Source of the DNA: a virus
Virus record (IMG/VR): IMGVR_UViG_3300027782_000037
Coordinates: 64,001 to 128,000 of that record
Length of the DNA: 64,000 bases
Strand: one strand, 5' to 3'
Within the stretch, counting starts at the first letter, position 1; the number at the start of each line of letters is the position of its first letter. The position numbers were made by a program, and so were the translations under genes. The notes under the pieces were generated by a model, which saw nothing but the letters and a program-made list of their open reading frames with translations, was not told the origin of the DNA and made no database searches. This document shows, piece by piece, positions 24,578-34,400 of the stretch.

Positions 24578-27421
24578 TTAAGCCTGGCTTTCTGTCCAAC
24601 CTAAACGAGCATTGACTGTATTGGTTGTGACTGCTGTAATATTGGTAGCACACAATGTCAATACATCTGGGCCATCTGGATACTTGCCTTGATCAGCAGT
24701 GGGTACGTTATTGTTGATACCACCACCTAGAATACTAGTTCCCAAATCCCTAACGCCAAGCAAATCAGTATCAGTTACACCCGGAGTAGTGGTAAAGAAT
24801 CCAAAAATGTTTTCTCCACCTGATATGGTTTGCCCAGCAGTATGAAACGCAATCTGACTCAAGCTGGAGCCGCCAAGGTTTTGAAATGTCCCACCACTAA
24901 CACGACCGTTAAGACGTCCAGTAATTAGTAAAGTCATACCAGTGCCTGTACTGTAAACCCCGCATTGCTTCAACACCAACTGCATACGATTTTGAAGTTC
25001 GCGTATGCCCATTGTACCCACCAGACCTGAATCTACGCTGGGTGCTACACGTAGACTGATTAGGGGTTGTGTGACGCTTGCGCCAATGTTGGCAATGGAG
25101 GTTTGCATACCTGCCACAAACTCAAATTGCTTGTCATCGTCAAATCCACCATCCATAATCACTGAGCTACCCCAGTGATTGATAGCAGGGGCACATTGCG
25201 GACTGTACTGTTCTACTTTGATGGGTGCTGTTGCACTATATGTAAATGTAGTGGCTGATGTGCCGCCAGTTTGTGCTCTAGTTAATCCGGTAAATGTTGT
25301 GGCTGTTTTACCTGTATAAGCTATGTACTCTATAGCACCAGTTGTGGCTGCTGCGGTGACTACTAGTGTGCCTGATGAAGCAAACTGTGTAGTATCGGCT
25401 ACAGTCATGGTTGTTGTCTCAGCTGAACTTAGGGTAGCTGTCAAGTTAGTATAATAAGGCAAACTGCTGGATTCGTATCTTGCCGGTAAGTTACCCGAAC
25501 GGAAATAAGCTTCTGTATTAATGTTGTTGTTTATTATACGATGGCAGTAAATCACTTCACCACGATTATTTTTGAATCCAAATCGCACAGAACCTGCTCC
25601 ATACCAGCTGTAGTCCATGTAGAACATCTGTATTTTGGTAAGATTGATGTTGTAAAAGCTGGCACCTGTACCATCACAACGATCAATGTTCCAGTTGGTC
25701 TGGGAAAAACGTGTGTCTACTGTTCTACTGAGTACACAGTTGGTAGCTGTAGCACCACGATATTCTGGATAGATAGTCATGCTGGTATCAGATGTTATAT
25801 GTTGTACTATATAGCTTTGTCCACGTATTACAACAAAATCACCCGGCTTAAATTCACTGGAAAACTTAGTTACAGTACCAGTAACAGTGGGACTGTCTTG
25901 AGTGAGTGACGATGTTCCAGATGTTTGCAAGGTACTACTGCGCCGCACTACCCACAAAGTTTGTCCATCAAATTCAAAAAATGCTCCATTCTGACTGTCA
26001 AACATGCCTATGCGAATCGGAGCTCCGTACCAAGCGTTGGGTGCTACTGTAATACCGTTGCCGGTAGCAGGTGATGCTGATGGAGTGCTTAAAGCTGTAA
26101 AGGTAAACACATATAAGGTTGTTACTGCGGTAACAGTAAATGTACCATTGTAAGCCGACTGATCAGCTCCAGTAATAGTTACGGTAGCACCTACTCCTAG
26201 CCCATGGCTAAGGCGAGTAGTAACTGTAACTGTGGTACCAGAACTGGTTATGTTGTTTATAGTCAAGTTTGGTTTCATGATACTGCCGGTACTGAACTGT
26301 ATGGCTTTACCAGACTGATAGCGGAACTGTCGTCTTGACTGACGTATAACCTGACTGCCGTGATACGGTAGTTGATTACTGCTTTGAACACCACCATCAA
26401 AAGGTCTATGTTCTATATAACCCAAAGTTCTTGTATAAAGTGAAGCGTTAAGAACTGCGGTGATTGTTCCTGTCGCCGTACAGGCAAAAGTAAATGTGTT
26501 GGCAGTTGGAGTTGTCGCTACTACCCAACTGGAGTTAAGTCTACCAGTAGCACCTGTGGTACCAATTATGAAAATACCACCGCCTACACGTAGTCCATGT
26601 GGATTAGTAGTGGTCACTGTGCCTATAGTACCATTCAATACAATTGCACCGGTGCCAGCAGGAATGGCAGCGCCTGTGAAAAAGTCTGCAATAAACAAAT
26701 AAGTCTTGGTGGCATCAAACAACGCTGCGGCCGGAGCTGTGATCGTGCTGTAGGTAAAGTTGGTGTTGGCAGAAACACTTTCTACTATCCACCATCCGTC
26801 AGCATAGGCCGTATCTAGCGTTCCTTGTATGAATATAGGTCTGCCCACAGTAATACCAGTGGTGTTGTTGATAGTTACTGTGACTGTAGTAGTACTGGCA
26901 GTCACGTTGGTAATTTGATAAGAACCCGAGGCACCACGATATGAGGGTGTGCTGGACACGTTACTGATACCCTGACTGGAATCGTAGAATGATGATGGAC
27001 GATTATTGTACAGAGTCTGACTTTCCCATTTTGTAGGTTGAATACCATATTCAAAGTCTGTGTCAATCATTGCTGTTGGTGTACTAACCCGAAGTTTGTC
27101 TACGGGATCACGATAAGTTTCACTGGCTTTGATTTCTGTGTAGGATTCTTCAACCATGATTGAAATCTTGTCAGTTGAAGTCATGGCCGATGTATTATAA
27201 GCCAGAATAATAGTGGTAGTTTCTAAGCCAGTTGTAGTACTAACCTCATTAGTATAAGAAGTGGCTCCTAAACTAGGATCACTAAAGTTATAAATCACTG
27301 TGTCTGTAGTAGTGTTGGTAATCAACAACAGTTGTTCCCTACGGATATTTTTACCTATAACCTGTACTGTTCTGGTTGAGGGGGTAAAAACATACCGCTC
27401 AATAATTACATTTTTTGCCAT
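24578..27421 (-). CDS. Large beta-rich virion structural protein (947 aa)
   Basis: Thr-rich; repeated T.T.T...HGL..G..V.I.G.....NG.F.V......FT beta modules. Confidence 0.75.
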   Translation of the reverse strand: MAKNVIIERYVFTPSTRTVQVIGKNIRREQLLLITNTTTDTVIYNFSDPSLGATSYTNEVSTTTGLETTTIILAYNTSAMTSTDKISIMVEESYTEIKASETYRDPVDKLRVSTPTAMIDTDFEYGIQPTKWESQTLYNNRPSSFYDSSQGISNVSSTPSYRGASGSYQITNVTASTTTVTVTINNTTGITVGRPIFIQGTLDTAYADGWWIVESVSANTNFTYSTITAPAAALFDATKTYLFIADFFTGAAIPAGTGAIVLNGTIGTVTTTNPHGLRVGGGIFIIGTTGATGRLNSSWVVATTPTANTFTFACTATGTITAVLNASLYTRTLGYIEHRPFDGGVQSSNQLPYHGSQVIRQSRRQFRYQSGKAIQFSTGSIMKPNLTINNITSSGTTVTVTTRLSHGLGVGATVTITGADQSAYNGTFTVTAVTTLYVFTFTALSTPSASPATGNGITVAPNAWYGAPIRIGMFDSQNGAFFEFDGQTLWVVRRSSTLQTSGTSSLTQDSPTVTGTVTKFSSEFKPGDFVVIRGQSYIVQHITSDTSMTIYPEYRGATATNCVLSRTVDTRFSQTNWNIDRCDGTGASFYNINLTKIQMFYMDYSWYGAGSVRFGFKNNRGEVIYCHRIINNNINTEAYFRSGNLPARYESSSLPYYTNLTATLSSAETTTMTVADTTQFASSGTLVVTAAATTGAIEYIAYTGKTATTFTGLTRAQTGGTSATTFTYSATAPIKVEQYSPQCAPAINHWGSSVIMDGGFDDDKQFEFVAGMQTSIANIGASVTQPLISLRVAPSVDSGLVGTMGIRELQNRMQLVLKQCGVYSTGTGMTLLITGRLNGRVSGGTFQNLGGSSLSQIAFHTAGQTISGGENIFGFFTTTPGVTDTDLLGVRDLGTSILGGGINNNVPTADQGKYPDGPDVLTLCATNITAVTTNTVNARLGWTESQA

Positions 27422-27426
27422 TTTTC

Positions 27427-27915
27427 TTAATCTCCTAGTGCGATTGTTTCGGGCGAATACGGATACCTGCGTGTTGATACTGTAGTTGAATTACTTATGA
27501 TAGTTACAGTGGCTTGATCACCAATTGCCGGTGAATTGTAAATGATTAGATTACTACTTACTGAGTCGCTTTTTACCCTGAATCCACGATAAGAATCATA
27601 TGGTGTAAAAAATGGACCTACAAATGGCCAGTCGGCAAGAGTAACATAAGGTGATAATGTTTGTCCACCCACAACAACTTGTAAGTCTGAACTGGATACA
27701 ATACTAGTCACATTAGCCTGTTCATTTCTCAGAGCAAATACCGAGGTAATGTTATCAAATTGATTAGAAATGTTATTTAACATCACAGCGGGTTTTGCAA
27801 CACCGGTTAGCTGGCTACCATTACCAGTTATGTTTCCAGAGGCACTAATATTGACACTAGAGACATCGCCCGTAGGTGCTGATATACCCGTTGTTCCGTC
27901 TATAATAACAGCCAT
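27427..27915 (-). CDS. Fibre adaptor protein
   Basis: Short ISASGNITGNGSQLTG fibre repeat plus C-terminal domain ending YPYSPETIALGD. Confidence 0.7.
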   Translation of the reverse strand: MAVIIDGTTGISAPTGDVSSVNISASGNITGNGSQLTGVAKPAVMLNNISNQFDNITSVFALRNEQANVTSIVSSSDLQVVVGGQTLSPYVTLADWPFVGPFFTPYDSYRGFRVKSDSVSSNLIIYNSPAIGDQATVTIISNSTTVSTRRYPYSPETIALGD

Positions 27916-27989
27916 TATGTCTTATCCGTGTATAATTGTGCGGCAAAATCAGCGGTACTGTTTACTGACAAATTGTTATAAATGTTCAT
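27915..27989 (-). CDS. Small 24-aa ORF (MNIYNNLSVNSTADFAAQLYTDKT)
   Basis: Late promoter 28008-28013, SD GAGGA, stop overlaps the next ATG (TAATG); below the ORF-track cutoff. Confidence 0.55.
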   Translation of the reverse strand: MNIYNNLSVNSTADFAAQLYTDKT

Positions 27990-28007
27990 TTAAAATCCTC
28001 TTACACT

Positions 28008-28013
28008 TATTTA
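28008..28013 (-). promoter_or_regulatory. Late promoter TAAATA
   Basis: aTAAATAagtgtaaGAGGAttttaaATG. Confidence 0.65.
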
Positions 28014-28048
28014 TTGTTGTTTGCGTTTTTAGTATAAGTTGAAGGGTT

Positions 28049-28291
28049 CTATGTATCAATTGGATTAATTATTGCGGTGGAAGTTGGTCTATCTATAGTC
28101 ATAATACCCTGACAAGTGACATTCCAGTTTTCTGATGTGCCGTCTCGCTCACTCGTACTAGGCACATTTAGCACGAAATGCTTGAACAGGTACTCTTTAC
28201 CATTATTTTCAAACACACGCCAAACGTGTTCTGGTGTTCCTCTTCCCGGTTGCCCTCGTGTTTGATTGAATCTGATCGAATATTTGTTCAT
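28049..28291 (-). CDS. Small hypothetical protein coupled to 2OG-Fe(II) oxygenase
   Basis: ATGA overlap; KYSIRFNQTRGQPGRGT..HVWRVFE. Confidence 0.7.
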   Translation of the reverse strand: MNKYSIRFNQTRGQPGRGTPEHVWRVFENNGKEYLFKHFVLNVPSTSERDGTSENWNVTCQGIMTIDRPTSTAIINPIDT

Positions 28292-28923
28292 ATCACTTCA
28301 ACTTGCGGAAGTTGACAAGATTGATTGTTGGCTATTCTCAGCGCCTGAATGTTGATGTGAACAAACTTAACCAACTCATCAGATTGATTTGCGGTAATAG
28401 AGTGTGCTAACCAAGCCGGAGTCAAAATTAACTGCCCCGCTCGTGGGTTTAGTACTACAAATTTAGAACCATGTGTAACTTGAGTCGTATCTGATTCATC
28501 TAGATCCATTTGAACTTTGCCTGCACGTGGGTCGTGTAAGAGTAGTTGAATGGATTTTTCCGGAACTTCTAAAAAATAAAAACCAACGATTTGATTACCA
28601 TTTCCGTGTGTATGGTGTTCCATGTATGAATGTTTTTCATAGGTTTGAAGCCACATAGATTCATATACAGTTTGGTAATTTTCCATCAAGTAACCTTGAC
28701 GTTTTAAAATGTTCCAAGATGTCTGTAGTATGTATTTTGCAAAATCAAAAATTCTTTCGTCATGAAAAAATGTACCAGACATTTGTTTATTGGATTGGTT
28801 GTGATATTCGGAGTCTTCAGCAACCGTCTTTACCAAATCAACATTGTCTAAATCAAACGCTGAGTATATTGGCGTAGAAAACAGAAGATTTTCATCAAAA
28901 TCATTTTTGTCAATACTATTCAA
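28288..28923 (-). CDS. 2OG-Fe(II) oxygenase superfamily protein (TIGR02466-like)
   Basis: LFSTPIY; W...Y......HHTH; GFYFL.VP; DPR; P..G.L...PAWL.H.I..N; TTG start. Confidence 0.8.
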   Translation of the reverse strand: MNSIDKNDFDENLLFSTPIYSAFDLDNVDLVKTVAEDSEYHNQSNKQMSGTFFHDERIFDFAKYILQTSWNILKRQGYLMENYQTVYESMWLQTYEKHSYMEHHTHGNGNQIVGFYFLEVPEKSIQLLLHDPRAGKVQMDLDESDTTQVTHGSKFVVLNPRAGQLILTPAWLAHSITANQSDELVKFVHINIQALRIANNQSCQLPQVEVI

Positions 28924-28936
28924 AATTAAATTCTCT

Positions 28937-29221
28937 TTATGGTGCGTTAGATACTGGGTTGGTAATACCTAATTCTGCCATTCTTTGTGCTTCGGCAGCA
29001 ATTTGTTCATCAGTTGGAATCCAACCATAGGATGTCCAGATAGTTTTGTTATACTGTAATTGTAATTCAGAGGTAAATGCATCACCAACCGCAAATGTTT
29101 TGGAATCATCTTGTGCTAGTGTGTCATAAGTTCCTGTTGCTTGAGCAGGAGTTGGTGTTGCCTCTTGAGTAACTATTTGCTTTACAGCACCGTTTTCTAT
29201 GAATAACCAGTTTTTAAACAT
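28937..29221 (-). CDS. Small partner protein
   Basis: Start MFKNWLFIENG at 29221 after SD-like AGGGA. Confidence 0.65.
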   Translation of the reverse strand: MFKNWLFIENGAVKQIVTQEATPTPAQATGTYDTLAQDDSKTFAVGDAFTSELQLQYNKTIWTSYGWIPTDEQIAAEAQRMAELGITNPVSNAP

Positions 29222-29790
29222 TGTGTGTTTCCCTTTTTTAAATTTTCTAAATGTAGTACTTCGTAATTTTGTGGAAGTGCTGAGGTATTTAAATTTACTA
29301 TTTGTAGTACTTCTTCTAGCAAAAGACCCTGTTGTATACACATATCTAGTGCGGGTTTATGCTTTATAATACGTCTTGCGGTTTCTTCACTTAGTCTTCC
29401 TGATGAGAGAATCTGTGACTGTGCCTGTCGCACCAAGCGAAGTTTTAATTCATCAAAAAAATTGATTTCGTACATTTCATCATCTGTTTTACCTGGAATA
29501 CGAGTTTTTTCAGCCTCGTCCGAAAGTGCTGCTTCAAAATCAGTTAAAAAATCAATTTCGTTAACACAATCTTGAATGTTTTTTTGATTGTGTGGTTTAT
29601 TTAATAGATATTGTTTGTACTCGTAAGAATCTTTGTCTAGTGTTGTTTCACTATGTTCTTCACTTAATTCTGCAAGGGCTAATGCTAGTTTTTTTTGTTC
29701 TAGTTGATTACGAACAACTCGTAGCTTTTCCCATACAGTTTCACCCTCTAAATCGTAAATATATTGTGCGTTATGATTTTGTCTTGACAT
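29197..29790 (-). CDS. Hypothetical helical protein (chaperone-like) following the propeller gene
   Basis: 197-aa acidic coiled-coil ORF with SD GGAG and late promoter at 29817-29822. Confidence 0.7.
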   Translation of the reverse strand: MSRQNHNAQYIYDLEGETVWEKLRVVRNQLEQKKLALALAELSEEHSETTLDKDSYEYKQYLLNKPHNQKNIQDCVNEIDFLTDFEAALSDEAEKTRIPGKTDDEMYEINFFDELKLRLVRQAQSQILSSGRLSEETARRIIKHKPALDMCIQQGLLLEEVLQIVNLNTSALPQNYEVLHLENLKKGNTQCLKTGYS

Positions 29791-29851
29791 TTAGTTTATG
29801 CTCCGGTATTGTCAAATATTTAGTGTATGCTTTGTCAAGTGTATATTTAAT

Positions 29852-30871
29852 TTATAGTCCAGCTCCAGCCAGAGCATATCTCGCTGTTCCCGCATTTGTT
29901 TGGCAACCAACTAGTGCTCCGCACGCATTGATACGAGTTACTAAATCAGAAAGACTGCGACCTATTCCACCATAAAACAATCCATTTGCGCCAACCGCAG
30001 CTCCAGCCAGCCCAAATCTTACTGTTCCCACATTTGTTTCAGAACCAACCAGTGCACCACATGCATTGATTCTTGTTACTAGGTTGCTTTGACTGCAGCC
30101 AGAGCCAGCATAAAACAATCCATTTGCACCAACCGCAGCTCCAGCCAAATATCGTCTTGCTGTTCCCACATTAGTTTGCGAACCTACTAGTGCGCCACAG
30201 GCATTAATTCTGGTTACGAGATTGCTGGAGCTACCGCAAATCTGTCCACCATAAAACAATCCGTTTGCACCAACAGTGGCACCAGCAAGACCGATCCTTC
30301 CTGTTCCCACATTTGTTTGGGAACCAACCAGTGCACCACATGCATTGATTCTTGTTACTAGGTTGCTGGCTGTGCCGGTACAGCCAGCATAAAACAATCC
30401 ATTTGCACCAACAGTGGCACCAGCTAGATAATATCTTGCTGTTCCAACATTAGTTTGCGAACCTACTAGTGCGCCACATGCATTGATTCTGGTTGCTAGG
30501 TTAGTGTAGCAACCACCAAATCCACCATAAAATAATCCATTTGATCCTACTTTTGTCCCAGCAGGATATGTTCTTGCTGTTCCCACATTCGTTTGAGAAC
30601 CAACCAGTGCGCCACAAGCATTAATTCTGGTTACTAGGTTGCTGTCAGCAAAGTTAGAGCCAGCATAAAACAATCCCACAGTGGTACCGCTTGACTTACC
30701 ATAAAAGTTAGTAGGCATAGTGATTGCGCCGGTTTCTACACCTGCCAGTGTTCTTACTGTAGCACAGTTCAAACTAATCTGAGTTGTGCCAGTTCCGCCA
30801 AGTTCAAGTTGAACTGACTGTCCTGCGGTAGTTCCGCCTAATGATATTGGACCTGATGCATTTAATGCCAT
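29852..30871 (-). CDS. Kelch-like six-repeat beta-propeller adhesin with fibre-tip docking N-terminus
   Basis: Six 46-47-aa repeats GLFY(A/G)G-x-NLVTRINACGALVGSQTNVGTAR-x-LAGA.VG; N-terminus MALNASGPISLG...ISLN...VR.LAG...FYGKS. Confidence 0.75.
   Translation of the reverse strand: MALNASGPISLGGTTAGQSVQLELGGTGTTQISLNCATVRTLAGVETGAITMPTNFYGKSSGTTVGLFYAGSNFADSNLVTRINACGALVGSQTNVGTARTYPAGTKVGSNGLFYGGFGGCYTNLATRINACGALVGSQTNVGTARYYLAGATVGANGLFYAGCTGTASNLVTRINACGALVGSQTNVGTGRIGLAGATVGANGLFYGGQICGSSSNLVTRINACGALVGSQTNVGTARRYLAGAAVGANGLFYAGSGCSQSNLVTRINACGALVGSETNVGTVRFGLAGAAVGANGLFYGGIGRSLSDLVTRINACGALVGCQTNAGTARYALAGAGL
29856..30677. repeat. 138/141-bp tandem coding repeat x6
   Basis: Identical blocks recur at 279-bp spacing (30042/30321; 30169/30448). 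Confidence 0.9.
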
Positions 30872-30880
30872 ATCTTATAC

Positions 30881-31396
30881 CTATGGTGTACCGAACGCAG
30901 TAACGTTATTTGCAGCAATGAGATTTCCGGTGCTGTTCAAACTAAGAATATTTGCTCCACCATAACTGAATACTAATTTTGTGCCAACAGCAGTGATTGT
31001 AAAACCACCAACGACAACAATGTTACCAGCTGTCATATTGTTACCGGTAATATTTCCGGTAGAAGAAATTGCGCCAGCTGTTAAAATATTGCCAGTACTT
31101 GACATTAATCCAGCTGTTAAAATATTTCCGTGTATCGCATTACCAGTACTTGACATTAATCCAGCTGTTAAAATATTTCCGTGTATCGCATTACCAGTAC
31201 TTGACATTAAACCGGCAGTTAAAATATTACCGCCAGTTATGTTGCCACTGGCACTATTCACACCGGTAACCAATAATCCGGTGCTAGTAACAGTAGCGAT
31301 AGATACCGCATTACTTTGCAATACCAAATTACCAGTGAGATCACCAGTTTGGACTAAACTTGTTGTGGTTGAGGTTCCGGCTGATATATTACTCAT
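30881..31396 (-). CDS. Short fibre segment/adaptor
   Basis: STGNAIHGNILTAGLM repeats; C-terminal GNLIAANNVTAFGTP. Confidence 0.75.
   Translation of the reverse strand: MSNISAGTSTTTSLVQTGDLTGNLVLQSNAVSIATVTSTGLLVTGVNSASGNITGGNILTAGLMSSTGNAIHGNILTAGLMSSTGNAIHGNILTAGLMSSTGNILTAGAISSTGNITGNNMTAGNIVVVGGFTITAVGTKLVFSYGGANILSLNSTGNLIAANNVTAFGTP
31092..31210. repeat. Perfect 51-bp tandem repeat (2.3 copies)
   Basis: ccagtacttgacattaa starts at 31092, 31143 and 31194. Confidence 0.9.
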
Positions 31397-31405
31397 ATTT
31401 TCTCT

Positions 31406-34400
31406 TTAGATAATTACCCAACGTTGCCCAGCGGTAACTGTGACAACTACACCACTATTAGTAGTAATTGGTCCCACACTAAATCCATTTGTACCTGCTG
31501 CTATAGTATAATTAGCTGTTACATTGCTACCGTTAACTAAAATTCCGTTTGTGGCTGCTACAACAGGAGCACTTATTCCAGATGAAGTAAATGTCGCTAC
31601 GTTAGCTGTACCCGCAACACCAACAGTTACATTACCGCCGCTTGTGGTAATGCTTACATTACTTGTACCATTACTTATGTTTGAGCTACTACCAGTACTG
31701 ATACCAGTCAGTTGACTGCCGTTACCCAGTATGAAGCTACCTGTAATATTGCCAGTTGCCGATACAATACCGGCTGTTAAAATATTTCCGTGTATAGCAT
31801 TGCCAGTACTTGACATTAATCCGGCTGTTAGGATATTTCCACCAGTTACGTTACCAGTTACAGATAAATTACTAACAATGCTTATATTACTTGTGGCGTT
31901 ACTTGTTCCTGCTGCTATGGATAACGGATAAAAACTATTAGCACCAATATATAATACGCTGTTGTCAACTTGGTTGATAAAACCACCAGTACCATTTGAT
32001 GTTATTCTTAGTCTACCAGCTATCAAAGTACTGCTATCAGCAGTAGCGATGTTTCCAGTAACACTGACACTTGTACCTGTTATAACACCACCAACCACTG
32101 ATGATGCTGTGGTAGTTCCTGAGACACTTGTTGAAGTACCGGTTATAACGCCACCCACTACTGATGCTGCTGTTACCGCACCAGTGGCACTGATCAAACC
32201 GGCTGTGTGTAGGTTGCCACCTTGTATATTACCAGAAACGTTGGCTGTTCCAGATACATCAAGTTTAGCCCCTGGTGTGGAGGTACCAATACCCACATTA
32301 CCGCTATTGATATATGATGATGACGATGAGTTAGCATCAATTACTACACGCAGGACGTTGGATCCGTCTCTGGCAGCAAATTGAAAATTATTTGCTACGT
32401 CAACATAGATACCAGAGTCGTTTGTCAAACCAGTTGTTCTAGCTTGAACCGCATACGCAGCAGATGCCGCTGTTTTTGTTATTAGAAGATTACCACCCGT
32501 AACAAGATTACCGCCAGTAACAGCACCAGTGACACTGATTAATCCACCAGTTAATATGTTACCGCCAGTAATATTAGCAGCACTTGTAATAGTTGAAGTT
32601 GCTGAAATTAATCCAGCTGTTAACACGTTACCGCCGGTTACGTTACCAGTGGCGGTCACTAAACCAGCAGTTGTAATGTTGCCGCCAATTATGTTAGCTG
32701 CCGATGTAATTGTTGAAGTTGCTGAAATTAGTCCAGCTGTTAATAAGTTACCACCAGTTACGTTACCACTTGCCGAAACTACAGAACCTAATAAACTTGA
32801 TCCTGTAACAGTACCTGTTGCGCTAACTAAGCCAACAGTTGTAATATTTCCACCAACTACGTTAGCTGCTGAAGTAATAGTTGATGTAGCCGAAATTAAT
32901 CCAGCTGTCAGTAAGTTACCACCGACTACGTTAGCTGCCGAAGTAATGGTACTTGTAGCCGAAATTAAACCAGCTGTCAGTATATTACCACCAGTTACGT
33001 TACCAGTAGCAGTCACTAGACCAGCTGTTGTAATATTTCCACCAATTACATTGGCCGCCGAAGTAATTGTGCTAGTAGCACTAATTAAACCAGCTGTTAA
33101 GATATTTCCACCAGTTACATTTCCAGTAGCAGTCACCAGTCCTGTGGTTGTAATATTTGCACCAACTACATTGGCTGCTGATGTAATTGTACTCGTAGCT
33201 GAAATCAATCCAGCTGTTAGTAAGTTGGCACCGGCTATATTACCAGTTACACTTAACACATTACCAACAGTATTAAATGTTAATCCTGCGGTAGCTGCTA
33301 AGTTACCATTGGTATTAAATTGTATCTGTGTATTTGCGCCTGCCGCTGTAATGTTACCGCTAATACTACCAGCAAAAGCTCCGACAAAGAATCCCGCTGT
33401 GGTAATGTTACCAGTAGCACTTATCTGTCCAGCTGTTAGAATATTGCCATGTATCGCGTTACCAGTACTTGACATTAACCCCGCTGTTAGAATATTGCCA
33501 CCAGTAATATTAGCTGCACTTGTAATAGTACTTGTAGCTGAAATTAAACCAGCTGTTAATAAATTACCACCTGTAATATTCGCAGCACTTGTAATAGTGC
33601 TTGTTGCTGAGATTAAACCAGCTGTCAGTATATTACCACCAGTTACGTTACCGGTAGCAGTCACTAGTCCAGCAGTTGAAAGGTTACCACCGACTACGTT
33701 TGCTGCTGATGTAATTGTACTTGTTGCTGAAATCAATCCAGCTGTCAGTATATTGCCACCAGTTACGTTACCAGTAGCCGTCACTAATCCAGCAGTGGTA
33801 ATATTACCACCGACTACGTTACCTGTAGCAGTTACCAAACCTGCGGTTGTAATATTACCACCGATAATATTAGCTGCCGAAGTAATGGTGCTTGTAGCCG
33901 AAATTAATCCAGCTGTTAACAAATTGCCACCTGTTACGTTACCAGTAGCAGTCACCAGTCCTGCGGTTGTAACATTGCCACCAATTACGTTACCAGATGC
34001 ACTAACAACAGTACCCAATACACTTGATCCTGATACCGTTCCTGTTGCTGAAATTAACCCAGCTGTTAATAAGTTACCGCCTACTACGTTGCCAGATACA
34101 GTTAATAAATTGCCAACTGTGTTGAATGTCAATCCAGCAGTAGCAGCTAAGTTGCCGCTATTATTAAATTGTACTTGAGTGTTGGCACCGGCAGCAGTTA
34201 CGTTACCACTAATACTACCAGCAAATGTTCCAACAAAGAAACCTGCTGTGGTAATATTGCCAGTAGCACTTACTTGACCTGCTGTTAAGATGTTACCATG
34301 TATAGCATTGCCTGTGCTACTCATTACGCCAGCAGTTAGGATATTTCCGCCGGCTAAGTTTCCAGTAGATGTAATTCCAAGGCCCGCTGTTATATTACCA

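Noticed and set aside
29856-30677. Possible CRISPR array or DGR template/variable repeat
   Set aside because: The repeats are in-frame coding units. Differences are not adenine-specific, and no reverse transcriptase or cas gene is in the window
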